Below are positions 1 to 10,299 of a stretch of 64,000 nucleotides of DNA, in pieces. Numbering within the stretch: position 1 is the stretch's first letter; each line of letters starts with the position of its first letter. A program made the translations under genes and the position numbers. Source of the DNA: Prorocentrum cordatum. Lineage: Eukaryota. A model generated the notes under the pieces. It was not told the origin of the DNA. It did no database searches and was given only the letters and a program-made list of their open reading frames with translations. The stretch spans positions 186,001 through 250,000 of the forward strand of contig CAUYUJ010000126.1 in assembly GCA_963575745.1 (NCBI GenBank), given 5' to 3'.

Positions 1-2
1 TT

Positions 3-825
3 TGTGCGTTGGCACAGCAGGCGGATCTGATGGGCGCATCCCTGGGCGACCTTCCTGTAGATAAAGGCGAACAAGTTCCAGGAGTGAGAGCGGTGCGCGG
101 TGGCTTGTTTCAGCGCGGTCGCACGAATGATTTTAGGGGCACTCGCCAGTGCGACGCAAGCGAGCTGTGGAGCGCATTAGTTGATGCTGTCTGTGTTGCG
201 GAGGTGAGTGCGTTGACGGGCATGGGAATCCTTGCGCAGCACTACACAGTGGTAGACGGGTCTATACTGGGAAACACAATCCGTCAAAGGCGGTTTTGCG
301 GGGGGTGCGGTTGGGTTTCGGATGTGTACAGACGAGAACGATCCATGACAATCCAAATGTGGGAATATGCGGATATGTTGGGTCCAGTTGGTCTTGATCA
401 TCTGGTGGTGTTGGAATCCACGCGAGCTCAGCACGGTTTGCCATGCCCACATCGACCCGCCTTGCAACGCGGAGAGGTGTGGCACGGGTGCCAGGGCCCG
501 TCGCAAACTCATGACGTGCCATCGGAGACGCCCGCAAGGTTCCTTGTTGTGGTGCTGAGCAGAAGAATGGCGGACGGAATGACCAGAGTGAATGGCCGCG
601 TAAGCGTGCCAAGGGCGTTCGAGTGGCCGGGGGCGTCGGGCTGGACATATCGCTTCCAGGGCGCGATTTGCCATCTGGAGCAGCCAGCTCATTACGTCGC
701 CTACTTCGACTGCCCCGGAGTCGGTGTCGTGAGGTTCGACGACAACGTAGTTGCGCGGATGGAGTTCCAAGATTTTGCAGAGAATCAGAAGAACCAGGGA
801 GACATTGCCCTTGTGGTATTTTCCA
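3..825 (+). other. USP/UCH (peptidase C19)-like domain, C-terminal two-thirds, within the RepHel ORF
   Basis: Motifs in the USP order: QCDASELWSALVD (QxDAxE box, 147-185), CGGC fingers (~297), PARFLVVVLSRR, His-box YRFQGAICHLEQPAHYVAY (~648-704), RFDDNVV (732-752). The Cys box would lie upstream of the window. Confidence 0.78.
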
Positions 826-3800
826 AGCACCCGACGGACGCAGACGCGCCGACAGATGCCGCCAATGAAACGGCGTCGTCAACTGAGGGGCCGCTGTCGT
901 TGCGCGACAGACACCCAATGTCGTCAGCAACAACGGACACGGCAAAAGCTATACACGAGCTGGGTGTAGCTAGCCGTGGCCATGCACAATCGGTCGCCCA
1001 CGACGGCGCTGCCAAACCGGCTCTGGAAAGCGAGGTTGCTTTGGGCCGCGTCGATGGAGAGTCGAGCTCGATGCGCGCGCCATCGAGGGCGGGTGATGGT
1101 GTAGATGGTGCGTCTCCGTCTTTGCATGGCCCTCCTGTCGGCCGCCGTCAGCCAGAGGGGGGCGCAGGTTCCACAGAGGGTGCGCGGGTGAAGCGAACGA
1201 GGCGCCGGGGGAAGCAGAAAGAAACGTTTTGCGAGTCGTATAGACCGAGCGCGACAGAGCCCACGCCGTGTTCGTCCATGATGCGTGGTCTTTCGTGCAG
1301 AAACGATCCCGAGGCAGGCGCAGGCACGGTCGCGGGTGCGGCAACAGCAGACGACAACGACAAGCCAGTTCAGGAGGGTGCCGCAGTTGGTGCAGCCCCA
1401 AAGGCGGATGCGACGCAAGAGATGTTTTTTTCAGCACGCGTCAACCCAGCGTCGAACGATCCCCGTCGGGCACGGGAAGGAGCGGTGGCAACGGCAGCGA
1501 AGTTGTTGCGGGAGATGCCTACTGCGCCCGCGGATCCAGAGGACCCGAATAAACCGTGGGGGACTGCTTTGGTCGAGAACGACGCGGTAGAACTGCCACC
1601 AACTCATTGTGCTTTCCGAGGTTGCCCATGGACTGGCGTAGACGAGTCTGAGCTTCTGAACCATGTCTGCGTAGCACACGGAGATGTCGTGCAGCCGATC
1701 GCGGACATGTATTCGCCCGCGCACTCGCTGCAGAAGCGAATGCTCACTGCTTACAGTGAACTCGTCGCGTTCGCTGTGCGGCAAGGAGCACCAGTATCGT
1801 CGTATGCGACGCACCGGAGAAGTTTGAAAGCGTACGCAGAAACAGTGACACAGGAAAAGGTAGCATCGCCGATCTGTTTCATGTGCGGCTGTTCGTTTCC
1901 GTGGGTGTCGGGACGGAAAAATAATAATATTTCGTGGGAGCGAGTGTTTGGGAGCGACGCGCGGGATGGTAGTGGACTGACGCACATGGGAGCGTGGTCT
2001 ATGTGGGAGGTGTATCAGGAGTTGAGCCTCACGGCGTATCTGAGAAGGTACAGGTATGAAGAAGGGAATGATAAACTCGATCTCCAGAAGCACATGGAGG
2101 AGTTTGACGACTGGACGGTGCGCGTATGGTGCGCGTCGTCTACCGGAGTGCCTCGGGGCCACTTGGAGTTGGTATGTTGTCCAGAGGACCAGCGGTGCAT
2201 TGCAGGATGCCGGGCGAAGGGAGAAGCCTGTGCTCAATGCGAGGTTCCGTTATGTCGGGAGTGCTTTGAAGGTATAGATTCTCCGAAGCGGGCGTGGAAC
2301 GAAACGTCCCACGTGACGGTTCCGGTGATGCCTGCGCGATGCTTGGCGAACGATCTGATGTCGTTTTACGGTCCGAAAAGCATGTACGACGAGGGGATGA
2401 CCGTCATGGAGATGATTTGTTGCAGTCCGTGCATAACGGCCATGATCTGTTTCTCGTTGGAGGTGAAGTACCAAAACTTATTTGATTCCGTCGCTGGGAT
2501 GCAGGAGACGCGAGTCGCGGCTCGGGGGAATGCAACCTCGTTCGCCCTTCCATGGCAGGGCATCTTGTCAGAGCTTCGGAGGAGGGTCGCGTCAGGAGAG
2601 CACACGGGTGGTGCGCCTGTGCCGCGTGTGGGCCACGATCTTTCCCACGTTGTTCAAATTTTGTTGAAGGTGAGTGACGCGACGTCAAAGGACAACTTGC
2701 CGACATTCATCCATCAAGCCGCCGTGCGGCGGGATGTGGTGAAGCACCACATCAAGAAGATGATCGCTAACGGGCATAGGGCTTATAGGCACGTGGACGC
2801 TGCAGGAGTAGATGCTCGCGCCGAGCAACTACCAGAGAATGGCGTACCGCCCGAACTAGTGCGGTTGCTTCCGTATGACAATCACTTGGATAAGATCATG
2901 GTGCAAAAGAATGCGACGCCGTCGGATGCGAAGCAGGCGACGGTGCAAGATGCTTGCGACGACATGGACCGACGAATTCCGAACATGGTGGTCATGGAGA
3001 GGTCATCGTTCAACGAGGTAGATGAAAACGCTACGACGGAAGCAGCTTTGCAGCACATGACGCGCGGCGTACATGAAGGAGGCGCGGACGGGCATGGTGT
3101 CGGTTGCGCAACTTCCCGTGCAGAAGCACGTGCGAGCGTGCAGTTCGCGTACGAAGCATGGCGGGATCATTTTGTCGCGTTGGCTACCAATCTATTGAGC
3201 GACGAAGACAATGGCCGCGTACGATGCACATGCAAAGGAGTGTCGGATATCGCGAGGCTCGGAGAAGCGTCGCAGCGGCACAACCTGGTGCTGATGGACG
3301 TGAACGGACGGGGGACGTGGATGGAAAAGATGCGGTTGCGCCTCGTGGTGTCTCCAGGCACGGCCATGATGAGTCAGTTTGTTCCGTGGTTCTTCGGCGT
3401 CGCTTTTCCTTTCTGCTTCAAGTTTGGGGTAGGCATGCCTGATATGCCAGAATGGTCCGAAGTGAGCCGACACCGGCGTGTCGGAGAGGCACCCCGCGTG
3501 GAACTTCCGCTGTGGACACGAATCATGACACGCCGCGTGGAATCTCAGCTCCGGCGCGACTGGCGCTTCGGGTTCACGATGTCGTCCTTGTTGTACCAAA
3601 GCGCATTGAACACGTCTCGGAGCATGCGGCTGTTTGCAGATCATGAGCAGAGGGAGGACGAATCGGGTCGCGACTTTACGTATATGGAGGAGGCTGCCAT
3701 AAGCATAGTAGAAGCACTGCGAGGAACGTACCCAGATCCAGGCACTGGACAGCGGCGCGCAGTGAATGGGGACGTGTCGAAGTTGAAATTCGTCACCTCA

Positions 3801-6800
3801 TTATCGGAGACCGCGCAGAGAATGGTGCGGCAAGCGCAGGCCATTAATAAGAAGATCGCAGGAACAAATGAGGTACGTACCATTATGCGGTTCGATACCC
3901 ACGCTGGTCGGGTGGCTCAAGGCGTCCCCGTATTTTTTACGATGTCCCCAGATGAGCGGCACAACCTCGTCATGGTACGGCTGAGTAGGTCGCGCCGAAA
4001 GGACCCAGTCAACAGGCATCGGGTGCAGGAGAAACGAGGCCCGTCGAATGGCGGGTTGTTCGAACCCGATTTCACAAGCGCATGCGGCTTGCCATTGGAG
4101 GACGAGGCGGTGGAGGGCGACGCTGACGATGTGAACATGGCGATACCCATGGAGGTTGTATGCCAAAACGTTGCAGCGGCGAAGATGCGCTTGGAGTGCT
4201 TGGCACGGGACCCTCTGGCGGGCGTCGACGGCTTTCGCACAATCGTTGGCTTGGTGTTGGAGCACCTGTTCGGGATTCGATGGTGTCCGCGGTGCCCCGA
4301 CTGTGATTGCGCCGATCTGGCAGGTAGTAATGCGAAATTGGTAGGCGGGTGCGCGGGACGAGTGGACGGTGTGTACGGGTCCATAGAAGCTCAGAAATCC
4401 GCGGGCAGTTTACACCTGCACGCACAGTTGTTTGTCCAATGCCTCCATCAGCACACGCCGCTGCACGAGATCATTCGCCGTCCTCCGGACGAGCTTAAGC
4501 GTTTGATACGCGGGTACGCAGCATTTAAAAGGCTTGTGTCGCGGCAAGTATACGCAGATGTGGCGGAATGGCAGAGGCAGAAAGAGCAAGTCGAAAAAGA
4601 CTGGCCTGCGTACAAGGGCACGGAAGAGCTCATTCAGGCAGAAGAGTACCTGAAGCAGACCGATGCGGAGGTGCAGCGAACCCTGGAGGGGGCCCAAGAG
4701 CCCAGGCCAGAGTTTGAGAGGGGGAGCGCGTCGAAATGGTGGTTGCGAAAGTATTTGAGGTGCGTGCAGAGGGGCCAGGGATACCGTCAGAACCACGTGC
4801 ACAAGTGGAGTCATCGGCATTCTAAATTTGTGCCCTTGCTCCACTGTCAACGAGATGACGACCCTCTGAAATGCAAGAGCTTTTTCCCTCGGACGACATG
4901 GCTGGTGGAGAAGACCGTGCTTTTGTGTCCAGGGTTTCTCAAAAACCGCTCCATGCCGTGTGGAGGGCGCAGAGATATGACTGGATGCCTACACGGGCCA
5001 CAAAATGAAGAGAACCTGAACGGGACATTGCCTGCATTGTTAAGCGGCGGCCTTGGATTGAATTTCAACTCCGATGTGCAGCTCCCGTACAGGTTCCCAA
5101 TTCTGGAGCAGACGCACGACGGGGACGCGTGCGCAGAGAGGTGTTGGGACGGCGCGGAGGTGACAGATATCGTGCTCGCGGCACAGCGCGCGCAGAACGC
5201 CCAGGCAGGGTACGCGTGCGACTATGGGGCGAAGCGCCTGGCGTCGTCATTCAACGAGGTGAAAGAGTGTAAGAAAGGGCACCATGCGTTAGCGGAGAGA
5301 GTGCAAGGGCGCAGCGCCTCGTACGTGGCGCACCGCCACATCACGCGGTTACTCTCGGATCTGTACGGGAAAGGGATCGTGCGGTCCGCGCAAGAGAGTG
5401 TGAACTTGCGCGCGTACTCGGATGTGCGAGACGTGACGGCTGCGGAGAGTATTAAGACGTCGAAAACAGCGATGGTCCCTGGGTTTGACGTTGTGAGGAT
5501 GGTAGAAAAGGAGTGCGGAGTGGCGTCGGAGCGATCAGACCCTGGCAGAGTTCATCTTGAACGCGATGGTAGGCGCGCAAAGAGGCCGCGCGTGATAGCA
5601 AAGAATCCAGCATTCTTGTACGGCATGAGACCGTTGGATGCCAAGTGGGCCCCGGAACTACGGTACCTTTCTGTGTATGAGTTTTTCCGCTATTGGCGAA
5701 TTGAAATGACAAGGTGGTCCACGAAGATGAAGAAAAGGAAAGAGGTAGCAGAGGGGGACGAGGAAGAGACGGAGGACGAGGAGGATGAATGCCAGTATCA
5801 CGCGGTACTCACGGCGAGCGGCAAGACGAAGGTCCGTGAGGCACGGCAGAGGGGAGTGGAAGAAGCACCGTTATTGGCAGGAATCGATTATGTCATTCGC
5901 GGCGATGGCTGCGACGCATGGGTAGCGTTTCCTGATGTTGAAAGCATGGAAACGTCACGGCACAAGTGGGTGTTGGTTCGGAACGAGAGTCCGCGGAACC
6001 CGAGCTTTCATGGTGCACCGCAGCCGAAGCATCGGCCAGGGGAAGCAGATAGGAACGCGCTCATCTTGATGGCGTATTTTCGATCGTTCACTCTGCAAGA
6101 CACAGACTTGGACGGGGTTTCGAGGGTGTCAGAGTGGTGCACTGGTGAGAAGACGCTGGCAGAAGCCGCACGTGAGTGGTTGGACGGAGGACTGCCTTGC
6201 GAGGAGTCGAAGAGGTATGTACAGAATTTCATGACCGTCGTCGACATGCGTCCCGATGGGGAGGACGCTGGAAGGAAGCACGAGGATGACTTGTTCAGCG
6301 ACGAAGATGTGGACGTCGACGAGCTCGACGAGGGTGTCCAGCGGCGCGTGCACGTTGGAGGCACGCGCCTAGAGGACGATACAAGGGAAACGACAGGCGC
6401 CGTTGCAGAAGCGCGTCGGTTGAGTGCAGAAGCCATGGCATTATCGACGCGTGTGTGGGGTCGAGAGGCGGGCGGAGATGAAAGGGGCAAACGAGGGGCG
6501 TGGGCGAGAACAGACGGGCGCGTAGAGGTGCCAGGGGAAGAGTTGAAGCGACGGGAAGCAGACGCTCGGGCATCTCAGACAAAGATGAGAGGTGACGGGT
6601 TGGAGGGTTGCGAAATTGAAGAGGGGAGAGTGAGACAGGTGCCTGCAGGCGGCGCTGAGGAGTTGCGGCGGTGGAAAGCACGACTGCGCGGACCTAGCAG
6701 CGGACGCGACGTAGATATGAATGGGAAACAAAGAGAAGTCGTAGAGAAGGTCATAGAGAGGATGATCGTTGAGTGTCAAGAAGATGAGAGGACAATCGGC

Positions 6801-9800
6801 AGTTCGGAGCCGTTGCTGTGGATGCTGCACGGAGGCCCAGGCACAGGGAAGAGCTTTGTGGTAGAGACCTTACGGAAACACGTGTTCGAGAGAGTCATGG
6901 GCTGGGAACACGGGCTGGACTTCCAAGTGGCTGCGTTACAAGCTACGAACGCGTCCAGTCTGGATGGTCACACGTTGCACGCCGCGTTTGGGATGACTCC
7001 GTACGGTGCCAGTACGGAAACCAGTAAGAAGCGCGGAGAGCCGGGTGCAAAGAAAGTAGAAGCAGCGAAGCGAATTCAACAGTGGCGTTGGCTCATCATC
7101 GACGAAATCAGTATGGTCAGTGCAAATTTTCTTGCAGAGCTGGATGCGCATTTGCGGTCTGTGATGTCGGCAGCGAGGCAAGGGAAGGTGGGTGCCGATA
7201 AGGTAGACCGTCCGTTTGGAGGTGTGAACGTGTTATTCTGCGGTGATTTCTACCAGTTGGAACCTCCCGGCGGAACTCCATTGAATGCGATTCCGACGTC
7301 GTGGGTACGGAAGGCGAGGCAGTATGCGCCAGGCGCCGAAGAAGATCATGGTCAGTACATCTTCTGGGGCGACGGGCCAGGGTCCGTGGCGGGGATGACG
7401 GAATTGGTAGAGTGCAAGCGCTTGAAAGAGAAGGACGAGTGGTTCCTGGGAGTACAAGATGAGTTCCGACGGGGAGCTCTGACTGAGAGGACGCACCAGT
7501 TTCTGCATGGGAAACCTACAGACGTTCCAGGGTCGTGGTTGAATGAGAAGCCAATGTGTGGTTCGCAGGTCTGCATGCAGAACGTGGAAGCTATCGCAAA
7601 AGACAACGAGCTGGAGTGTGGGTTCTGTGCAGAGGAAAGAAAGCGTCGATGTCTCGTAGCCACTAGTGCCGCAGACGAACGGTTCGCACTTCCGCAGTTC
7701 GTCGAAGCCACTGCTATCTATCCCAATCAGGATGTGAAGTGCAAGGTAGCGCGGCAGCGGGCCGTGGACTGGGCTGCGTGCGAGAAGAAACAGATTTCGT
7801 GGGTTTACGCGCGGGATAAGGCAACGCACGCGACGTATCAGGAAAGACCATACACCTCAGCAGACAAAGTGCGGTGGCTCGGATACCACGACAAGGCCTG
7901 TGCAGACATGCCGGGATGGTTACCGCTTGCCGTGGGCATGCCAGTTGTCCTGACGGACCATTTGGACCGATCAGAGAAGCAATTGTTACGAGGGTGCCGG
8001 GCGACGATACACTCATGGGTGGTAGATGAAGAAGAAGAAGACGTGCAGGACATGTCGTCGAGAGTCCTGCGTAGGATGCCGAGACAAATCGTGCTGGACT
8101 TTCACACCGACAAGTGGACGCTCAAAAGCATGCCGGGGCCAGGGCTGTATCCCATAGTCCCTCGTTCTCGGACGTGGCATCTGGACTCGTATCGAAAGAA
8201 GCCCGTGTTGGGGGTGCGACGGAGACAGTTTATAATTTCGCCTGGGTTGGCGTGCACGGCGCACGCAGCGCAAGGGCGAACACTCGACGCGGTAATTGCG
8301 GACTTGGAGGAAGGCAGAAACGTGAGCTGGATGTCGAGCTACGTGGCCATAACGCGCGTGAAGGCTCGGCAGAGTCTGCTCATCTATCGGCCATTTTCGA
8401 GACAGCCGTACACTCAAGGGGAATTGGAAGGCACGAGGTTGCTGTTGCAGAAGTTGCGGGGGGAAGCGTTGCCGTGGCCCGACATCGAGGAGAGGTTGAT
8501 GCCGCGGAAAGCATGCGGGAAATGTCAGAAGGTGAAGGAAAAGGCTGAATTCAGCACAAATGAGTTCGGCGCGAAGTCGGGCCCGAGCTTCTGCTGCGAG
8601 TGCGCGGAGATGTTGAAGGGAGCAGGGGAAAAATGGTGCACGACTTGTGACCAATGGGCCGAGATGGTCTCCAGAGTGGGGGGGGGCGAGTCCGAAAGGG
8701 TCAGAGTATTCGTGAGGACAAGCAAATGCGACAGGTGCGCAGGGCCACCAGCCCGGAGGAAGTCGCGGAAAGAGTCTCAGGGGTGGCAGCAGAATGTACG
8801 AGACAAATTCAAGATCCGTTGCGGTGAATGCTGTGAATTCATGAAGACGGAGGCAGAAATTACGGCGAACCAGTACGCCACGAAGGGCGCAGGGGAGAAG
8901 CTCTGCAAGAAGTGCGCAGGGAAGAGGAAAGGCGGATGGAACAAGTGGAGCCAATCGCAGAAGAAAGCGGAGTGGATGAATGCAACGAACACTGCTCGAC
9001 AAAGCGCGCGCCAGGAACAGCCGCTGAGGTGTTCGGAGTGCCCGAAAGACGCAGACGGAAGAGGGCGGGAATTCACGGACGCGGCGCATCTGACAACAGA
9101 ACAAATCAACCACTATTATAAAACGGGCGCAGCCCACAGGCCAGTGAAATGCCGCGACTGCGACGCGCGTCACAAGCGATCGCGGGTGTTCAGGTGCTTC
9201 GCGTGCCCGAAAGAAACAGATGGGAAAGAGCGAGAATTCACGGACAGGACGCACCTAACAGATGAGCAAGTGAATCATTTCTTCAGGAAGGGTTCGGGCC
9301 ATCGCCCAGTCAAGTGCCGCGCGTGCCAGGAAGAACGCAATCAGCCGCGAGTGTTCACGTGCTCCGCGTGCCCGACAGAAGCAGATGGGAAAGAGCGAGA
9401 ATTCACAGACAGGGCGCATCTGACAGATAAGCAGGTGGGGGAGAAGCTCTGCAAGAAGTGCGCAGGGAAGAGGAAAGGCGGATGGAACAAGTGGAGCCAA
9501 TCGCAGAAGAAAGCGGAGTGGATGAATGCAACGAACACTGCTCGACAAAGCGCGCGCCAGGAACAGCCGCTGAGGTGTTCGGAGTGCCCGAAAGACGCAG
9601 ACGGAAGAGGGCGGGAATTCACGGACGCGGCGCATCTGACAACAGAACAAATCAACCACTATTATAAAACGGGCGCAGCCCACAGGCCAGTGAAATGCCG
9701 CGACTGCGACGCGCGTCACAAGCGATCGCGGGTGTTCAGGTGCTTCGCGTGCCCGAAAGAAACAGATGGGAAAGAGCGAGAATTCACGGACAGGACGCAC

Positions 9801-10292
9801 CTAACAGATGAGCAAGTGAATCATTTCTTCAGGAAGGGTTCGGGCCATCGCCCAGTCAAGTGCCGCGCGTGCCAGGAAGAACGCAATCAGCCGCGAGTGT
9901 TCACGTGCTCCGCGTGCCCGACAGAAGCAGATGGGAAAGAGCGAGAATTCACGGACAGGGCGCATCTGACAGATAAGCAGGTGGAGCACTTCTGCGCGAT
10001 GGGCTCGGAGCATCGCTCGGTGGTGTGCCGAGCGTGCCACGAGCAAAGGCAGGTGGCGAAGAAGTTGGAATGTTCCGCATGTCCCCTGAAGAAGGACGGA
10101 TCAAAGCCTACGTTCACTGACGGCGGCCATCTGTCGATAGCCGAGAAGAAGAATTATTTCCACCGAGGCACTCTGGTGGTTTGCGCCAAGTGCTATATGG
10201 CGGGGCGGGCGCCGCGGAAAGACCCGCCGAAACGCCCTGCGGAGGCAAGTGACGAGCACGGCGGGAAGCAATGCAAGTTGCGAGGAATCTAA
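3..10292 (+). CDS. Giant Helitron/Helentron-like RepHel transposase polyprotein (USP-like protease + C2H2 + DUF6570-like + HUH Rep + PIF1 helicase + Zn-finger array), 5'-truncated by the window edge
   Basis: Uninterrupted 3427-aa ORF with the frame open at the left edge. Rep motifs: VFFTMSP (~3930), SIEAQKSAGSLHLH (HUH, ~4380-4421), YACDYGAK (two Tyr, 5211-5234). PIF1/SF1B motifs: GGPGTGKS (6831-6854), LIIDEISMV (~7092-7118), FGGVNVLFCGDFYQLEPP (~7215-7270), TAHAAQGRTLD (~8256), YVAITRV (~8340). Confidence 0.92.
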   Translation, partial: CALAQQADLMGASLGDLPVDKGEQVPGVRAVRGGLFQRGRTNDFRGTRQCDASELWSALVDAVCVAEVSALTGMGILAQHYTVVDGSILGNTIRQRRFCGGCGWVSDVYRRERSMTIQMWEYADMLGPVGLDHLVVLESTRAQHGLPCPHRPALQRGEVWHGCQGPSQTHDVPSETPARFLVVVLSRRMADGMTRVNGRVSVPRAFEWPGASGWTYRFQGAICHLEQPAHYVAYFDCPGVGVVRFDDNVVARMEFQDFAENQKNQGDIALVVFSKHPTDADAPTDAANETASSTEGPLSLRDRHPMSSATTDTAKAIHELGVASRGHAQSVAHDGAAKPALESEVALGRVDGESSSMRAPSRAGDGVDGASPSLHGPPVGRRQPEGGAGSTEGARVKRTRRRGKQKETFCESYRPSATEPTPCSSMMRGLSCRNDPEAGAGTVAGAATADDNDKPVQEGAAVGAAPKADATQEMFFSARVNPASNDPRRAREGAVATAAKLLREMPTAPADPEDPNKPWGTALVENDAVELPPTHCAFRGCPWTGVDESELLNHVCVAHGDVVQPIADMYSPAHSLQKRMLTAYSELVAFAVRQGAPVSSYATHRRSLKAYAETVTQEKVASPICFMCGCSFPWVSGRKNNNISWERVFGSDARDGSGLTHMGAWSMWEVYQELSLTAYLRRYRYEEGNDKLDLQKHMEEFDDWTVRVWCASSTGVPRGHLELVCCPEDQRCIAGCRAKGEACAQCEVPLCRECFEGIDSPKRAWNETSHVTVPVMPARCLANDLMSFYGPKSMYDEGMTVMEMICCSPCITAMICFSLEVKYQNLFDSVAGMQETRVAARGNATSFALPWQGILSELRRRVASGEHTGGAPVPRVGHDLSHVVQILLKVSDATSKDNLPTFIHQAAVRRDVVKHHIKKMIANGHRAYRHVDAAGVDARAEQLPENGVPPELVRLLPYDNHLDKIMVQKNATPSDAKQATVQDACDDMDRRIPNMVVMERSSFNEVDENATTEAALQHMTRGVHEGGADGHGVGCATSRAEARASVQFAYEAWRDHFVALATNLLSDEDNGRVRCTCKGVSDIARLGEASQRHNLVLMDVNGRGTWMEKMRLRLVVSPGTAMMSQFVPWFFGVAFPFCFKFGVGMPDMPEWSEVSRHRRVGEAPRVELPLWTRIMTRRVESQLRRDWRFGFTMSSLLYQSALNTSRSMRLFADHEQREDESGRDFTYMEEAAISIVEALRGTYPDPGTGQRRAVNGDVSKLKFVTSLSETAQRMVRQAQAINKKIAGTNEVRTIMRFDTHAGRVAQGVPVFFTMSPDERHNLVMVRLSRSRRKDPVNRHRVQEKRGPSNGGLFEPDFTSACGLPLEDEAVEGDADDVNMAIPMEVVCQNVAAAKMRLECLARDPLAGVDGFRTIVGLVLEHLFGIRWCPRCPDCDCADLAGSNAKLVGGCAGRVDGVYGSIEAQKSAGSLHLHAQLFVQCLHQHTPLHEIIRRPPDELKRLIRGYAAFKRLVSRQVYADVAEWQRQKEQVEKDWPAYKGTEELIQAEEYLKQTDAEVQRTLEGAQEPRPEFERGSASKWWLRKYLRCVQRGQGYRQNHVHKWSHRHSKFVPLLHCQRDDDPLKCKSFFPRTTWLVEKTVLLCPGFLKNRSMPCGGRRDMTGCLHGPQNEENLNGTLPALLSGGLGLNFNSDVQLPYRFPILEQTHDGDACAERCWDGAEVTDIVLAAQRAQNAQAGYACDYGAKRLASSFNEVKECKKGHHALAERVQGRSASYVAHRHITRLLSDLYGKGIVRSAQESVNLRAYSDVRDVTAAESIKTSKTAMVPGFDVVRMVEKECGVASERSDPGRVHLERDGRRAKRPRVIAKNPAFLYGMRPLDAKWAPELRYLSVYEFFRYWRIEMTRWSTKMKKRKEVAEGDEEETEDEEDECQYHAVLTASGKTKVREARQRGVEEAPLLAGIDYVIRGDGCDAWVAFPDVESMETSRHKWVLVRNESPRNPSFHGAPQPKHRPGEADRNALILMAYFRSFTLQDTDLDGVSRVSEWCTGEKTLAEAAREWLDGGLPCEESKRYVQNFMTVVDMRPDGEDAGRKHEDDLFSDEDVDVDELDEGVQRRVHVGGTRLEDDTRETTGAVAEARRLSAEAMALSTRVWGREAGGDERGKRGAWARTDGRVEVPGEELKRREADARASQTKMRGDGLEGCEIEEGRVRQVPAGGAEELRRWKARLRGPSSGRDVDMNGKQREVVEKVIERMIVECQEDERTIGSSEPLLWMLHGGPGTGKSFVVETLRKHVFERVMGWEHGLDFQVAALQATNASSLDGHTLHAAFGMTPYGASTETSKKRGEPGAKKVEAAKRIQQWRWLIIDEISMVSANFLAELDAHLRSVMSAARQGKVGADKVDRPFGGVNVLFCGDFYQLEPPGGTPLNAIPTSWVRKARQYAPGAEEDHGQYIFWGDGPGSVAGMTELVECKRLKEKDEWFLGVQDEFRRGALTERTHQFLHGKPTDVPGSWLNEKPMCGSQVCMQNVEAIAKDNELECGFCAEERKRRCLVATSAADERFALPQFVEATAIYPNQDVKCKVARQRAVDWAACEKKQISWVYARDKATHATYQERPYTSADKVRWLGYHDKACADMPGWLPLAVGMPVVLTDHLDRSEKQLLRGCRATIHSWVVDEEEEDVQDMSSRVLRRMPRQIVLDFHTDKWTLKSMPGPGLYPIVPRSRTWHLDSYRKKPVLGVRRRQFIISPGLACTAHAAQGRTLDAVIADLEEGRNVSWMSSYVAITRVKARQSLLIYRPFSRQPYTQGELEGTRLLLQKLRGEALPWPDIEERLMPRKACGKCQKVKEKAEFSTNEFGAKSGPSFCCECAEMLKGAGEKWCTTCDQWAEMVSRVGGGESERVRVFVRTSKCDRCAGPPARRKSRKESQGWQQNVRDKFKIRCGECCEFMKTEAEITANQYATKGAGEKLCKKCAGKRKGGWNKWSQSQKKAEWMNATNTARQSARQEQPLRCSECPKDADGRGREFTDAAHLTTEQINHYYKTGAAHRPVKCRDCDARHKRSRVFRCFACPKETDGKEREFTDRTHLTDEQVNHFFRKGSGHRPVKCRACQEERNQPRVFTCSACPTEADGKEREFTDRAHLTDKQVGEKLCKKCAGKRKGGWNKWSQSQKKAEWMNATNTARQSARQEQPLRCSECPKDADGRGREFTDAAHLTTEQINHYYKTGAAHRPVKCRDCDARHKRSRVFRCFACPKETDGKEREFTDRTHLTDEQVNHFFRKGSGHRPVKCRACQEERNQPRVFTCSACPTEADGKEREFTDRAHLTDKQVEHFCAMGSEHRSVVCRACHEQRQVAKKLECSACPLKKDGSKPTFTDGGHLSIAEKKNYFHRGTLVVCAKCYMAGRAPRKDPPKRPAEASDEHGGKQCKLRGI
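8514..10195 (+). repeat. C-terminal tandem CxxC...CxxC zinc-binding modules of the RepHel protein
   Basis: 165-bp (55-aa) period units C..CP...DG..REFTD..HLT..Q..H....G..HR.V.C..C starting at ~9030, 9195, 9360, 9576, 9741, 9906 and 10071. Three shorter CxxC-pair modules precede them from ~8514. Confidence 0.85.
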
Positions 10293-10299
10293 CCGCGAG

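Noticed and set aside
6700..8400. Host PIF1 helicase gene
   Set aside because: The helicase is fused in frame to HUH Rep motifs in an intronless polyprotein, so it is transposon-type; no gene symbol assigned.
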